64,000 nt of DNA from Deltaproteobacteria bacterium. GTDB taxonomy: Bacteria; Myxococcota_A; Polyangia; Fen-1088. The stretch lies in contig JANRKS010000009.1 in NCBI GenBank assembly GCA_033763315.1, positions 320,001-384,000 on the forward strand, read 5' to 3'. The notes under the pieces were generated by a model. That model was not told the origin of the DNA. It searched no databases and was given only the letters and a program-made list of their open reading frames with translations. The translations under genes and the position numbers were made by a program. Below are positions 1-10,428 of this stretch, one piece after another; the first letter of the stretch is position 1; every line of letters starts with the position of its first letter.

Positions 1-59
1 CAGTACCCCTCGACGTCAGACCCGACCTCGTCGGCCTCGTCTTCGAACATCAAATCCAT
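1..59 (-). CDS. 5' end of an unidentified gene running off the window (MDLMFEDEADEVGSDVEGY...)
   Basis: ATG at 59 (minus) preceded by GAGG; frame open to the window edge; acidic, protein-like sequence. Confidence 0.5.
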   Translation of the reverse strand, partial: MDLMFEDEADEVGSDVEGY

Positions 60-441
60 GCAATTGCCTCGATGTTCCCCTAACGACTTTCGCTCAGTAA
101 CACAGCTCGAGTAACACGGCTAAGTGATAGCTGCAACAAATTGAAATCAGGGCAGTTGTTTTGATCCCACCCGCCTGCATTCGGTTACCGGGGTGACCCG
201 GGCCTCACTTGGGCGGCACGCACGGTTACAGTAGCGTTAGGTCCCCGCTTTTGTCTATAAGTATCGAATATCCGGGCACAAATGAACGCACTGTTACGAG
301 GCGACAACGGGCCAGCGCCAAAGCGCCCCCGGGCGCCGCGACGCCCGTTACGCCTCCGGTCCGTTACAAACGAATGTCACGTGTTTCGTAGGTCATTGAA
401 ATCACAGAGGAATGTGATTAAACCCAATGTTTACTGTTTAG

Positions 442-831
<390 letters not shown>

Positions 832-889
832 CAAGCCCCTCCTTTGCGCTCCGTTTCGGCGGGGTGTCAGTTGTGAGGTCGATAGAACT

Positions 890-944
890 GCCGCAGGCGC
901 GGGAGCCTTCACCGGAGGCGTCCGATACCTGCGGCTTTTTCTTT
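890..944 (+). terminator. Probable intrinsic terminator after P-II gene
   Basis: GCCGCAGG (890-897) pairs with CCTGCGGC (928-935); inner stem GCCTTC/GGAGGC; followed by TTTTTCTTT. Confidence 0.65.
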
Positions 945-971
945 GTGCGCGAAATCCGGTGGCCATCGCTT

Positions 972-1000
972 TTGACCCCCGCGATGCCGGACACTATGTT
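972..1000 (+). promoter_or_regulatory. Sigma70-type promoter for psd
   Basis: TTGACC-17 nt-TATGTT, ending 11 nt before ATG 1012. Confidence 0.6.
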
Positions 1001-1011
1001 GACGGTGGCTT

Positions 1012-1881
1012 ATGACTTCGCTTCCTTTCAGAGATCGCCTCGCTCGCCACCTTTGGCGGCTCACCCCGCAACGGACGTTATCGGATTTCATCGGCTGGTG
1101 GGCGTCAGTGAACGTGCCCAAAGGTTTGCATAGCCGCGTGCTCGAAACCTTTGTCGCGAAATACAAGATCGACGTCAGCGAAGCTGAACTGCCGTTGTTG
1201 GCCTATCCTTCGGTCAACGAGTTCTTTACGCGCAAATTGAAGCCAGGGGTGCGACCCATCGATCCGGATCCGGCGTCGATCGTGTCTCCTGCCGATGGCA
1301 AGATTGTGGCCACCGGGTTGGTCTCCGCCACCGGTACCATTGAGGCGAAGAACATTGCGCTGACCACCGCGGCCCTCCTGACGGACGAAGCCTTGGCCAA
1401 GAAATTCGTGGGTGGCGCCTTCGCTGTCACCTATTTATCGCCGCGCGATTACCACCGCGTTCATACGCCTGCCGCTGGTTCCGTTCTATGCTGGCATCAC
1501 GTGCCCGGGCAGCTCTTTCCTGTCAACGAAGCGACGGTGCGACGTGAACCCGATTTGTTTGCTCGCAACGAACGCTTCGTGTCGGTGTTTGAAGGCGATG
1601 TCGGCACGTTCGCTGTTGTGATGGTGGCCGCCGTTGGCGTGGGACACGTGACAGCGGCGTATGACCCTGAGGTTCAAACCCACAAAAACGCACCTGCGGG
1701 GCAAGTGCTCACCAAAGTCTTTGCGACGCCCCCACACCTTGGCAAAGGCGATGAAGTTGGGATCTTTCACTTGGGCTCAACCGCAATTATCCTGTTTGAG
1801 CCCGGTCGGGTTATCCTAGAACCCACCGAGGCCGCGAAACCCATTCGAATGGGTGAGCGCGTAGGCCGCCTCGCTCGCTGA
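1012..1881 (+). CDS. psd: Phosphatidylserine decarboxylase proenzyme
   Basis: FFTRKLK, SPADG, YLSPRDYHRVH, FARNER and LGST self-cleavage motif. Confidence 0.93.
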   Translation: MTSLPFRDRLARHLWRLTPQRTLSDFIGWWASVNVPKGLHSRVLETFVAKYKIDVSEAELPLLAYPSVNEFFTRKLKPGVRPIDPDPASIVSPADGKIVATGLVSATGTIEAKNIALTTAALLTDEALAKKFVGGAFAVTYLSPRDYHRVHTPAAGSVLCWHHVPGQLFPVNEATVRREPDLFARNERFVSVFEGDVGTFAVVMVAAVGVGHVTAAYDPEVQTHKNAPAGQVLTKVFATPPHLGKGDEVGIFHLGSTAIILFEPGRVILEPTEAAKPIRMGERVGRLAR

Positions 1882-1891
1882 ATACCACCGC

Positions 1892-3370
1892 ATGTCGAAA
1901 CTCGACAACACGACCCCAACCCCACTTCCTGTGGCAATTCACGATCAAAACGACGGTGCGGCAGCGATGGGAGAAATTCCGCGCGAAGCTGACAACACCG
2001 AGGAATGGGACGTGGGCGCTCCTCCGGGGCGCGAATTGGCCGTGGGCGAAACGCCTGTGGCGCACGATCACGTGGATACGTTGCCCACCGTCGATGTATC
2101 TGTGTTCTCTGTCGAGAACGCCGTTGGCTCATCGCCCGAAGGCCCCGAGCTTCCCCCTTTAGTTGAAACGCCCACGTCGCCTTTGCCGCTCGATGAAGCG
2201 GAAGACCTTGCCACGGGCGAAATCGAACTTGCAGAGGTTGATGATTTGGTTGAGGCCGCGCAAGCGCAGCAAGCAAATAGCGGTTCGATAACGCCGCCGC
2301 CCGTTCGTGAACCTGTGCGCCTGTCGGCCGAAAGCCGGCAAAACGTGGCCACGCCGATTGTGCCGCCGCCGCGGATCACTGCGTCTGTGGCGCCCGCATT
2401 CGCTCAAGCCATGGAAGAATCAGTGTCGGACGAGGTGGAATTGGTCGAGGACGCCGCAGCCTCGACGTCCATCACACCGCCACCTGTGCCCGCCACCGCA
2501 CCGCCTTCCCGAAGCCGCCCGGTGATGCCGCCTTTGCCGGTGGCGCCCGTGGTGCCGTCATCCGACCCGGCGTCCGAGACGTGGGCCGAGCCCTTGGCCG
2601 CACGCCCTCGGCGCAAGCGAACCAAGCCTTGGTACGAAGAAGTTTTCGACGAAGACTACCTGCGCACGCTGCCGTTCATGACGGCAGAACAAACGCTGCG
2701 AGAGGTGAATTTCATCAAGGCTTCACTCGAACCGCCTGAAGGCGGCGAGATTTTGGATGTGGCGTGCGGCTATGGCCGGCATTCGATCGAGCTGGCCCAG
2801 CGCGGACTCAAGGTGACTGGCATCGATCTGTCTTTGCCGTTGCTCATTCGCGCCGCCGATGAATCACAGCGCCGAGCGCTGTCGGTGAATTTCGTTCACG
2901 CGGACATGCGGGAGATGTCGTTCGACAACCAGTTCGACGGCGCGTGCTGCATGATGACCTCGTTCGGCTACTTCGACGAGGAGACGAACCTCAAGGTGGC
3001 GCAGGGCATTTTCAAGGGGTTGAAGCCGGGGGGCCGCCTGCTTATCGACGCCATCAACCGCGATTACATTGTGACTGACCTGCCCACCCGCGTGTGGTGG
3101 GAAGGGGACGGTTGCGTGGTGTTGGAGGAAGTCGACTTCAGCTTCAACACCAGCCGCATCTCCGTGCGGCGGTCCGTGGTGTTCCAGGACGGCCGCCAGA
3201 TTGAACAGGATATTTCGATTCGCGCCTACAGCTTGCACGAGCTGGGGCGGTTGTTTCGGCAAGCAGGCTTCCGTGTAACGGAAGTCTCGGGCAGTTTGGC
3301 GACCCGGGGGCACTTTTTTGGAGCCACCTCGCGCAACCTGCTGATGCTCTGCGAAAAGCCACGTCAGTAA
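1892..3370 (+). CDS. Class I SAM-dependent methyltransferase with long acidic/Pro-rich N-terminal extension
   Basis: ILDVACGYGRH, VTGIDLS, ADMRE, TSFGYF, LKPGGRLL in the C-terminal half. Confidence 0.88.
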   Translation: MSKLDNTTPTPLPVAIHDQNDGAAAMGEIPREADNTEEWDVGAPPGRELAVGETPVAHDHVDTLPTVDVSVFSVENAVGSSPEGPELPPLVETPTSPLPLDEAEDLATGEIELAEVDDLVEAAQAQQANSGSITPPPVREPVRLSAESRQNVATPIVPPPRITASVAPAFAQAMEESVSDEVELVEDAAASTSITPPPVPATAPPSRSRPVMPPLPVAPVVPSSDPASETWAEPLAARPRRKRTKPWYEEVFDEDYLRTLPFMTAEQTLREVNFIKASLEPPEGGEILDVACGYGRHSIELAQRGLKVTGIDLSLPLLIRAADESQRRALSVNFVHADMREMSFDNQFDGACCMMTSFGYFDEETNLKVAQGIFKGLKPGGRLLIDAINRDYIVTDLPTRVWWEGDGCVVLEEVDFSFNTSRISVRRSVVFQDGRQIEQDISIRAYSLHELGRLFRQAGFRVTEVSGSLATRGHFFGATSRNLLMLCEKPRQ

Positions 3371-3615
3371 GCGGACTTAGCTGCGTTGTTGCACGAATGG
3401 CACCTACGGGTATTGGTGTGCCTTACGTATTTTATCGACACGAATTCAGTGTCTTCTTGCTTACGAAGTCTAAATACCACAAGCCATGCGACCGATGATC
3501 TATTTCGAGCATCAGAAAAGGGCGGGGGGCGAGGCGGCGGGAATAATCTACGGTCGACGCGCGTAATATCAACGTGAAAGCAAAGAGCGCGAAGCTTAGC
3601 GAAAGGGTCGTCATC

Positions 3616-5253
3616 ATGGCGAAGACAAGCAGCTCGATGAGCAAGAAGTCCCGGGAACCCGGCAAGACATTGACGGGCCCGGCCAATACAACCTCGAACG
3701 CGGCCAGCCATCTGGCCAGCAAGTCGGTGACAGGTAAGCGCTCTGGTGAAGCTTCTGCGGGCAGCGAACCCGCTGTCCTTGGTATGGCCGCACCCACGGC
3801 AGGACGCAAGGGCGAGCTTGCGTCTTCGCGAGGAAAAACGCGCCGACGCCGCAAGGACGACCTTGTGTCAGCCCCTGTCGACGTTGAGGCCGCGGTTCCG
3901 GCCGAGGCTCTCGACGAGGACGCGATGTTGATGGACGTGGCGCCGGGCGGCGAGGCTGAGCCCGTGGAGGACTTTGGCCTGGAGCCGGCGTTGGAAGGTC
4001 CTTTGGGCGACTTGCCCGAGGCTGAACTGCAGCTGGCCGACGTCGAAGAGGCGCCGGTCAAGGCCAACAAAGACGACGAGGCGCAGAGCTTCTTGGCCAT
4101 GTACTTCAAGAACATGGCTGACCTGGACGTTCTGCGCCCAGAGCAGGAGTTCGATTCGGCGCGTGAGATTGAAGCGCTGGAGATTGAGCTTTGGACGATG
4201 CTGCTGTCGTACTTGCCCGGGGCCATGCATGTGGCGAGCGTTGTGGAACGCACGATGGGCAAGGCGTACGAGCCACTTGAGCAATACAAGGTGGCGTTCG
4301 CAAAACTGGGCGGCAAAGCGAAGCCTGCCGCTCGAAAGCAGTTCGACGGCGTGGTTGATGAAGTCTCGAGCAAACTGCGCGAGGTGGACATCGATCGCTT
4401 GTTTGTCGATGCCGTGATGGCGGAGATCCACAAAGCCCGTCGTGGCGTCACGGGTGACGGCGCGCCCGGTTTTGAGGCCACAAGCCCCGCCTTCAATGAA
4501 TTCGCAAACGCGGCGGTTGCAAAAACGGTGGCGATTAAGTCGGCGAAGAACGCGTTCGTGCGTGCAAACCTGCGGTTGGTTGTTTCAATTGCCCGCCGGT
4601 TTAACCATGGCCGCTTGCCTTTAGCCGACTTAATTCAAGAGGGCAACATCGGCTTGATGAAGGCCGTGGAGCGTTACGACTATCGTCGTGGCTTTCGCTT
4701 CTCGACCTACGCCAGCTGGTGGATTCGACACGCGATTAGCCGCGCCTTGGCTGACAAGGGGCGTGCCGTTCGTCTGCCGGTGCACATGATCGATGCGTAT
4801 CACCGCATCGCCAAGAGCGAGCGCGAACTGCAAAGCAAGCTTGAGCGACCGGCGACCAACGAAGAGCTGTCGGCGGCGACGGGGATCGAGCCCGACAAAT
4901 TGGAAAAGATGCGAGGGTTCCTCAACGAATCACCCGTGTCGCTTGATCGACCGATTTCAGATGAAGATGGCCGTAAGCTCATTGACATCCTGGTTTCGGA
5001 CGAAGATGAGGTCACGGCGCCCGAACAGATCATTGTGGGGGAAACCCACCGCGAGATGCTGAAGGTGTTGGGATCGCTCAAGCCCATCGAGGCGGACATT
5101 TTGCGCAAGCGCTTCGGCTTGATGAACGATAAGGAGCAGACGCTCAAAGAGATTGGTGATGAGTATCACTTGTCGCGCGAGCGTGTGCGCCAGCTGCAAG
5201 AGCAGGCCTTGGGCAAGATGCGCAAGGCCATGCAGAAAATCAACGCGGCGTAA
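3616..5253 (+). CDS. RpoD-like (group 1/2) sigma-70 factor, probably a non-primary paralog
   Basis: Region 1.2 [11 protein letters not shown], region 2 [34 protein letters not shown], region 4.2 TLKEIG..SRERVRQ; ATG 3616 follows AAAGGG (ORF track opens at 3574). Confidence 0.92.
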   Translation: MAKTSSSMSKKSREPGKTLTGPANTTSNAASHLASKSVTGKRSGEASAGSEPAVLGMAAPTAGRKGELASSRGKTRRRRKDDLVSAPVDVEAAVPAEALDEDAMLMDVAPGGEAEPVEDFGLEPALEGPLGDLPEAELQLADVEEAPVKANKDDEAQSFLAMYFKNMADLDVLRPEQEFDSAREIEALEIELWTMLLSYLPGAMHVASVVERTMGKAYEPLEQYKVAFAKLGGKAKPAARKQFDGVVDEVSSKLREVDIDRLFVDAVMAEIHKARRGVTGDGAPGFEATSPAFNEFANAAVAKTVAIKSAKNAFVRANLRLVVSIARRFNHGRLPLADLIQEGNIGLMKAVERYDYRRGFRFSTYASWWIRHAISRALADKGRAVRLPVHMIDAYHRIAKSERELQSKLERPATNEELSAATGIEPDKLEKMRGFLNESPVSLDRPISDEDGRKLIDILVSDEDEVTAPEQIIVGETHREMLKVLGSLKPIEADILRKRFGLMNDKEQTLKEIGDEYHLSRERVRQLQEQALGKMRKAMQKINAA

Positions 5254-5288
5254 GCCACGGCACACGCCACACAAAAAGTGGTGGATCA

Positions 5289-5350
5289 CACCCGCGCATC
5301 AGCCCCGATCGCCCAGCCAGATCGGGTAAGATGCGCGGGTGATTTTATTT
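5289..5350 (+). terminator. Long hairpin plus T-rich tail after the sigma gene, overlapping the eboA start
   Basis: CACCCGCGCATC (5289-5300)/GATGCGCGGGTG (5330-5341); inner CCCGATC/GATCGGG; then ATTTTATTT. Confidence 0.55.
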
Positions 5351-6007
5351 GAAATCGTTAACGCTTTGGTGTCGGCGCGTCTCGCCGATCCGCTGCGCGC
5401 GTGGTGGCAAAGCGCAACCAAGGGGCCCGTGGAACGCTTGCGCTTCTTAGGCGCTTTTTCAGGCGCGGGCCGCCGGCTGGGACGCAGCGAGGTGGCAGGG
5501 GATCTGCCTGAGGTGCCGCGCCTGGCCGCGCATGGCTTGATCGTGGCGGGACGGCCGTGGGCAGAGTTGGGGCGAGTGGGCTTGTTGTTGGGACTACCGG
5601 GGCGGGTTGCGGATCAAGAGCTCATCGGCCTGGTGGAGGAAGCGTACCGCACCGGCGATCTGGAGGAAAAGCAGGCCGTGCTGCGCGCGTTGGCGTTCTT
5701 GCCGCAGCCCTCGTCGTATGTGGCCATTGCCGCGGAGGGGGCGCGATCCAACGCCATGTCGATCGTCGAAGCCATCACCTGCGACAACCCTTTTCCGGCG
5801 CAGCATTTTTCAACGGACGCGCTCAACCAAATGACGATGAAGGCGCTGTTCAACGGATTGCCCTTGCTGCGAATCGTGGGACTGCAGGGGCGCATGAACG
5901 ATGATCTGGTTCGTATGTCCCGCGACTATGGACGCGAGCGCCGGGCCGCGGGCCGCGCTATCTCAAACGACCTGGCCATGCTTGAACAAGGAAGCCTTTC
6001 GTCATGA
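5339..6007 (+). CDS. eboA: EboA family protein
   Basis: FSGAGRRLG, GDLEEKQAVLRAL, NPFPAQHF, NQMTMKALF, ERRAAGR; ebo context. Confidence 0.85.
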   Translation: MILFEIVNALVSARLADPLRAWWQSATKGPVERLRFLGAFSGAGRRLGRSEVAGDLPEVPRLAAHGLIVAGRPWAELGRVGLLLGLPGRVADQELIGLVEEAYRTGDLEEKQAVLRALAFLPQPSSYVAIAAEGARSNAMSIVEAITCDNPFPAQHFSTDALNQMTMKALFNGLPLLRIVGLQGRMNDDLVRMSRDYGRERRAAGRAISNDLAMLEQGSLSS

Positions 6008-6897
6008 AACTTTTCGATCCGCACATTCACATGACCTCGCGCACCACCGACGACTATGAGGCCATGGCCAAGGCGGGCATCGCCGCCATCGTTGAGCCGG
6101 CGTTCTGGGTGGGGCAGCCGCGCACGCACGTGGGCACGTTTGAAGACTATTTTTTGTCGCTGCTGGGCTGGGAGCGGTTTCGTTCGCAGCAGTTTGGCAT
6201 TCGTCACTTTTGCACCATGGGCCTCAACCCCAAAGAAGCCAACGAGCCGCGCGTGTCGGGCGGCGTGATCGAGCTTTTGCACCGCTATCTTGAAAAGGAC
6301 GGCGTGGTGGCGGTGGGAGAGATCGGCTACGACGAGCAAAACGAGGTTGAACACCAGATCTTCAAAACGCAGATCGAACTGGCGCGCGAATACGAGTTGC
6401 CGATCCTCATTCATACGCCCCATCGTGATAAGAAGCGCGGCACTGAGCGCACGATTGAACTCGTCAAAGAGTTGAAGTTTCCGCCTGAGCTCACGCTCAT
6501 CGATCACAACAACGAAGAAACATTGCCGATGGTGCTTGAATCAGGATGTTGGGCCGGTCACTCGATCTATCCAAACACGAAGATGGATGAGACACGCATG
6601 GTGGCTTTGGTAAAGCAATACGGCGCGGATAAGATGATCGTTAACAGCGCCGCTGACTGGGGCGTAAGCGATCCGTTGAAGGTGCCGAAAACGGCGGCGG
6701 GAATGAAGGCGGCCGGTTTCGACGACGTCATCATTTCTAAGGTGCTGTGGGACAACCCGGTTCGCTTCTTTGCCCAAAGTGGCCGCTTGGATTTGGAAGA
6801 CGTGGGCAACGATTTGGTGGTGGATCAGCGCAACCTGTGGGAGGGCAATTCTGTGCTGCGCGGGCAAGCGCCGCGCGTGGATAAATCGAACGGCTAA
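6004..6897 (+). CDS. eboB: EboB TatD-family metal-dependent hydrolase
   Basis: DPHIHMTSRTTDDY, EPAFW, GLNPKEAN, IHTPHRDK, NSAADWGVSDP; ATGA overlap with eboA. Confidence 0.9.
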   Translation: MKLFDPHIHMTSRTTDDYEAMAKAGIAAIVEPAFWVGQPRTHVGTFEDYFLSLLGWERFRSQQFGIRHFCTMGLNPKEANEPRVSGGVIELLHRYLEKDGVVAVGEIGYDEQNEVEHQIFKTQIELAREYELPILIHTPHRDKKRGTERTIELVKELKFPPELTLIDHNNEETLPMVLESGCWAGHSIYPNTKMDETRMVALVKQYGADKMIVNSAADWGVSDPLKVPKTAAGMKAAGFDDVIISKVLWDNPVRFFAQSGRLDLEDVGNDLVVDQRNLWEGNSVLRGQAPRVDKSNG

Positions 6898-6899
6898 TC

Positions 6900-8279
6900 A
6901 TGCAGCCGACGCTGGTGTTGAATGTTGTGGGCATGGCGCGGGCGTTGCTCGCGCACGCGCCAGCGCTGTCGGCGTTGGCTGCGCGTGGAGGGGTGCGCGA
7001 TCTGGCCACGATCACACCCGCGGTGACGTGTTCGGTGCAGTCCACTCTCTTGACGGGCGAGTTGCCGAGCCGCCACGGCATCGTGGGCAACGGCTGGTAC
7101 TTCCGCGATCTGGCGGAAGTGTGGTTGTGGCGGCAATCGAACCATCTGGTGCAAGGACCGAAGGTGTGGGACATCGCCAAGGCCCGCAACGCCGCGTTCA
7201 CCAGCGCCAATATGTTCTGGTGGTACAACATGTACAGCAGCGCCGATCTTTCCGTGACCCCGCGCCCACAGTACCCAGCCGACGGGCGCAAGCTGCCCGA
7301 CGCTTACAGCTGGCCACCTTCGTTGCGCGATGAACTCACGGACAAGTTCGGGATCTTTCCGCTCTTCAAATTCTGGGGGCCGGCCGCAGACATTCAATGT
7401 TCACAGTGGATCGCGCGCGCCTCGGCGTTTGTGCTGCAAAAGTACAGCCCAACCCTGACCTTCGTTTACTTGCCACACCTTGATTACGATCTGCAGAAAC
7501 TGGGGCCGAACCACCCCCGCATCCCTGCTTCGGTGGCCGCGGTGGATGCTTTGGCGGGCGAATTGATCGAACAAGCCGAACGGGCTGGCATGGCTGTGGT
7601 GGCGTTGTCGGAATACGGCATCACGGAGGTCAGCGGTGCGGTGATGATCAACCAGGCGTTGCGCCGCGCGGGACTTTTGGTTGTGCGCCCTGAGAAAATG
7701 GGTGAGCAGTTGGACGCTGGCGCGTCCGAGGCGTTCGCCGTTGTGGATCACCAAGTTGCACACGTGTATGTGAAGCGGCCCGAGCGTGTGGCGGAGGTGG
7801 CGGCTTTGCTGCGTGGGCTCGACGGGGTGGAGCGTGTTTGGTTGGGAGACGAAAAACGCACCCATGGATTGGACCACGAGCGCGCCGGCGACATCGTGGT
7901 GGTGAGCCGTGCCGATCGTTGGTTCGCCTATTATTTTTGGCTGGACGATGACAAAGCGCCTGACTACGCGCGCACGGTGGACATTCACCGCAAGCCCGGA
8001 TACGACCCGGTGGAACTGTTTCTGGATCCACAGCTAAGCGCACCAAAACTGAAGATCGGCATGACGCTGCTCAAGCGTAAGATCGGCTTTCGATCTTTGT
8101 TAAACGTCATCCCTCTGGATACCAGCTTGGTGAAGGGTTCACATGGCCGGGTCACAGACGATCCGGCAGCGGGGCCGTTGTTTATCTCGAACCGACCGGA
8201 CACGTTGCCCGCGGGCTCACAGCTTGCTGCCACCGATGTGCGTGATGTGCTTTTGCAGCATGTGTTCGGCGCGGCCTAG
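6900..8279 (+). CDS. eboF: EboF alkaline phosphatase/nucleotide pyrophosphatase family protein
   Basis: PAVTCSVQST, HGIVGNGWY, YLPHLDY, VDIHRKPGYDP, KGSHG. Confidence 0.88.
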   Translation: MQPTLVLNVVGMARALLAHAPALSALAARGGVRDLATITPAVTCSVQSTLLTGELPSRHGIVGNGWYFRDLAEVWLWRQSNHLVQGPKVWDIAKARNAAFTSANMFWWYNMYSSADLSVTPRPQYPADGRKLPDAYSWPPSLRDELTDKFGIFPLFKFWGPAADIQCSQWIARASAFVLQKYSPTLTFVYLPHLDYDLQKLGPNHPRIPASVAAVDALAGELIEQAERAGMAVVALSEYGITEVSGAVMINQALRRAGLLVVRPEKMGEQLDAGASEAFAVVDHQVAHVYVKRPERVAEVAALLRGLDGVERVWLGDEKRTHGLDHERAGDIVVVSRADRWFAYYFWLDDDKAPDYARTVDIHRKPGYDPVELFLDPQLSAPKLKIGMTLLKRKIGFRSLLNVIPLDTSLVKGSHGRVTDDPAAGPLFISNRPDTLPAGSQLAATDVRDVLLQHVFGAA

Positions 8280-9148
8280 GTGCCGGGCACGTGGCGCTGC
8301 CAAAAGCGTGTGAGTGCAAAGGCGGCGAAACAGGCGCCGACCGCCGCATAGTTGCGCGTGTCGCTCACGAACATGGCGTCCAACAAACTGATCGCCGCGA
8401 TCAAGGCAGGCACAGCTTTCGATGGGTTCGGTTTACCCTTGGCCCCCCAGCCAAGCGCGGGCGCGATGCCAGCACGAAGGGTGTACGCGAAATAAAGCGC
8501 ACCTGCGAGCAACCACGGTGGCGGCAAGAACGCACCCCATAACAAGCTTGGTATGAAAAAGGCAAGCGGCCACAATCGATAAACGCGGCCGCGCGTCTCG
8601 TGCTTTGCGATGTATGTGAGGCCGATGAGATGGCCGAGCAACAAGGCGGCGCCAACGTAGAGCTCTGTGGTGGGGTGTCCCGTCGCGAACCCGGCCACCA
8701 TATAGACGCCCACGCGGCACAGGCCCATCACCACAGGTCCAAATGGATTCGCTTTGTGATGAAGATCGTAATAGACGATGAGTCCAGCGAGGGCGAGAGC
8801 GGCAAGCGCCGCGAGCCAAGGCAACATGTGCAACGCCGCCGCTGCAGCGACCACCAGAACGCCGGCACCGAGTAGAGCAAATCCGATGGTGAAGACGGTG
8901 CGGGCAGAGACTTGCCCCGTCACGATGGGACGATCGGGGCGGTGCTCGCGATCCCAACGCGCGTCGAAGGCGTCATTCAAATACATGCCGCCGATGTATT
9001 GGGCGCTCATGGCGAACGACAGCAGCGCAAATAGCGTGAACGAAAACGGCGCTCCCGATAAGGCGAGGCCCGCGGCCACATTGGTCCACACGGTGGGCAC
9101 GTTCGACACGCGGCCAAGCTTGAGCGCCGTTTTAAGCGTGAGGCTCAT
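8276..9148 (-). CDS. eboC: EboC UbiA-family prenyltransferase
   Basis: RVSNVPT, GMYLNDAFD..D...RPDRPI, YD..HK, MGLCR, several TM helices; ATGA overlap with the eboE stop sets the start at 9148. Confidence 0.87.
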   Translation of the reverse strand: MSLTLKTALKLGRVSNVPTVWTNVAAGLALSGAPFSFTLFALLSFAMSAQYIGGMYLNDAFDARWDREHRPDRPIVTGQVSARTVFTIGFALLGAGVLVVAAAAALHMLPWLAALAALALAGLIVYYDLHHKANPFGPVVMGLCRVGVYMVAGFATGHPTTELYVGAALLLGHLIGLTYIAKHETRGRVYRLWPLAFFIPSLLWGAFLPPPWLLAGALYFAYTLRAGIAPALGWGAKGKPNPSKAVPALIAAISLLDAMFVSDTRNYAAVGACFAAFALTRFWQRHVPGT

Positions 9149-10413
9149 GGCGTGGGCTGGCCAAGCGCTTGCAACGTCCATTGCAATTCGCGCGCGATGG
9201 CCTCGTCAATCGCGAAGGTGCGCAGTTCGGCTGGCAGAACATCCCAGGTGTACGTCTCCACTTCCAGGTGCGGCGTGATTGGCTCCTTGGCGAGCAAAGC
9301 CAACAACTCCCGCAGGAAGTCGGAGGTGCTTTCAAAACGTGTGAAGCTATCGGAGAAACGATCGCTCCATACGGGCACGTGAAAGTGAATGCGCCACTCG
9401 TCCCCAATGTCGCCCAACCCTGCGGCGATCAGAGCATCGGGCAGATCGAGATGGCGCACCAACGCTTCGCCGCGGCGAACGACTGTTTGATGCAGGTACA
9501 CACCTTCAACGAAGGGTTGCAGAGCGGCCAACGCGCGCGGCGTGGGTCCGGGCAAGCGCAGGCCAGCACTGATCTGCACTTTAAATACGGGCACGCCGCT
9601 TTGGCGCAGCAGGGTGAGGGTTTCCTCTGGGTTTTCGTATTCAACGGCCGCGTGGCACGCGTCAAGGCAGATGCCAAGGTGGCGTCGCAAGGCTTCGGCG
9701 GCGGCAACGCGATCGAGCCCCGTCAGCTCAGCAAAACGGAGCGCGCTTTTTTCGCTGTACAAAAAGCGCTCGAAGAAGCCGACCATTTCGGCGGTGGTTT
9801 CGAACACACAATGCGGCTCTGGCTCGAGCGCGAGGCCAATGGTTGGCCCGCCATCGTTGCGGATCCCCACCAAGGTGGCGGCGGCCACCCGCAGGTTCTC
9901 GGCCATCGTGGCAAACGCGTGGCCATCGGCGGCGGCGCGGCCGCGGAAACAGCCGGGCACGGTGCTGATTGAACCATCAAGAGGGCCGATGCGGTTGCCC
10001 CACGGCGTGGACCGATCGGGCAACAACACCGCCAGCACGCCCGCCAGCTCCTGCGTGTAGTGAACGCGTTCGGGCTCCAACCAATCGGGGCGATAAACCG
10101 CTTCCTTTACCGGCTGGCCATGAAAGGGCCCATAGGGAAAGCCATTGAGCGTAAAGACGTAAAGCTCGTTCGCTTCCAAGTAAGACCGGAACTTGATCAA
10201 TTCATCCGGTGCCGCAACCAGCGCCTGGGTGGCTGCATGAGAGAGCCGCAGACCCACGCCCATCGGCTGCGTGGGACACGCGCGCTGTTTCACAGCTTTG
10301 ACGTGGCTGTCGACGTTGGCGAAAACTTCAGGCCACGATTCGCCCGGGTGGATGTTCGTGCAATAGGTAAGGTGCACGGGGCGCCCGCGGACGCTTTGGG
10401 CCTGCAGCTTCAT
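9145..10413 (-). CDS. eboE: EboE xylose-isomerase-like TIM-barrel protein
   Basis: LTYCTNIHP, NGFPYGPFH, VYRPDW, LEPEP, YLHQT, WRIHFHVP, HLEVETYTW. Confidence 0.92.
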   Translation of the reverse strand: MKLQAQSVRGRPVHLTYCTNIHPGESWPEVFANVDSHVKAVKQRACPTQPMGVGLRLSHAATQALVAAPDELIKFRSYLEANELYVFTLNGFPYGPFHGQPVKEAVYRPDWLEPERVHYTQELAGVLAVLLPDRSTPWGNRIGPLDGSISTVPGCFRGRAAADGHAFATMAENLRVAAATLVGIRNDGGPTIGLALEPEPHCVFETTAEMVGFFERFLYSEKSALRFAELTGLDRVAAAEALRRHLGICLDACHAAVEYENPEETLTLLRQSGVPVFKVQISAGLRLPGPTPRALAALQPFVEGVYLHQTVVRRGEALVRHLDLPDALIAAGLGDIGDEWRIHFHVPVWSDRFSDSFTRFESTSDFLRELLALLAKEPITPHLEVETYTWDVLPAELRTFAIDEAIARELQWTLQALGQPTP

Positions 10414-10428
10414 GTATGCTTACTCTAC

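Noticed and set aside
840-945. Extended stem-loop as possible ncRNA or riboswitch
   Set aside because: No SRP, 6S or known aptamer signature recognised; position and T-tract fit a terminator. An Rfam scan would settle it
3388-3403. TGGCAC upstream of the sigma gene as a sigma54 promoter
   Set aside because: No GC at the -12 position
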